Shown here: positions 6,305-6,648 of the stretch, piece after piece
Numbering within the stretch: the stretch's first letter is position 1
Layout: every line of letters begins with the position of its first letter
Assembly: GCF_006345805.1 (NCBI RefSeq)
Contig: NW_021829253.1
Location: 1-6,648 of the forward strand
Direction of reading: 5' to 3'
Origin: Octopus sinensis
Lineage: Eukaryota
DNA: 6,648 nucleotides
Position numbers and translations under genes: made by a program
Notes under the pieces: model-generated
Database searches by the model: none
The model's input: the letters and a program-made list of their open reading frames with translations, nothing else
Told to the model about the DNA's origin: nothing

Positions 6305-6648
6305 AGCGCATTTGTATCAGGGGTGACAAAAGAACGTTTGTTGTCCGTAAAAAGTCGGATTTTGAATGGTACTTCCGTTGCTCCGATATATATTTTAGAC
6401 TCATCACTGATGTTTATTTCTCCTTTAACCATGTATACTCCCAACTTTGCGAGGCACCAATCCAATGCGCAATTCATAGCAGCATTATAACTTCTGATAT
6501 GACAAACAAAGTTTGTATCAAACATAAACCTATTCTGAAATCAGTCGCTACATAACATTTCATTATATTTATGTCGGAGATGAAAATTGCATTTTACTAA
6601 ACTAAGGAATTCCTTGGATTTTTTAATCTTTACTTCTAGATTACATTA
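6305..6648 (-). mobile_element. Penelope-like retroelement fragment: RT-EN linker and N-terminal half of the GIY-YIG endonuclease; pseudogenised, probably continues past the window edge
   Basis: The minus frame reads NLEVKIKKSKEFLSLVKCNFHLRHKYNEMLCSD*...TNFVCHIRSYN...NCALDWCLAKLGVYMVKGEINISDESKIYIGATEVPFKIRLFTDNKRSF. It matches the Penelope-like (PLE) patterns VKTxIGKxFLxLVxKHFPxxHKY and CPLxGxCLxxxVVY...KxYIGxTExxFKxRxxxHKxSF. GVY is at 6441-6433, YIG at 6390-6382 and the Arg at 6357. Confidence 0.88.

Noticed and set aside
6604-6615. 12-bp palindrome AAGGAATTCCTT
   Set aside because: It lies inside the Penelope-like coding relic (K-E-F-L codons) and is plausible by chance in AT-rich sequence.

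Overview
AT-rich, repeat-saturated eukaryotic DNA with no supportable host gene, RNA gene or prokaryotic system. The SINE families and microsatellite density look like octopus (coleoid cephalopod) DNA; this is recognition from memory, not a search. The window is a mosaic of: (1) six copies or fragments of a tRNA-derived, CORE-like SINE (family A); (2) two copies of a second tRNA-derived SINE (family B), one with an intact target-site duplication; (3) a decayed restriction-like-endonuclease (R4/Dong-type) LINE fragment; (4) one clear and one faint RTE-type LINE remnant; (5) a 312-bp non-autonomous Helitron with intact termini; (6) a Penelope-like GIY-YIG fragment running off the right edge; (7) many simple and compound microsatellites. 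Nearly all ORFs in the track are artefacts of these repeats. The least explained structures are a 106-bp, 98%-identical direct repeat (5117-5222 / 6171-6276), a perfect 13-bp hairpin in a degenerate hammerhead-like context (4042-4088), a chimeric SINE (5814-5944) and a module shared by the two SINE families. I found no convincing new biological system.
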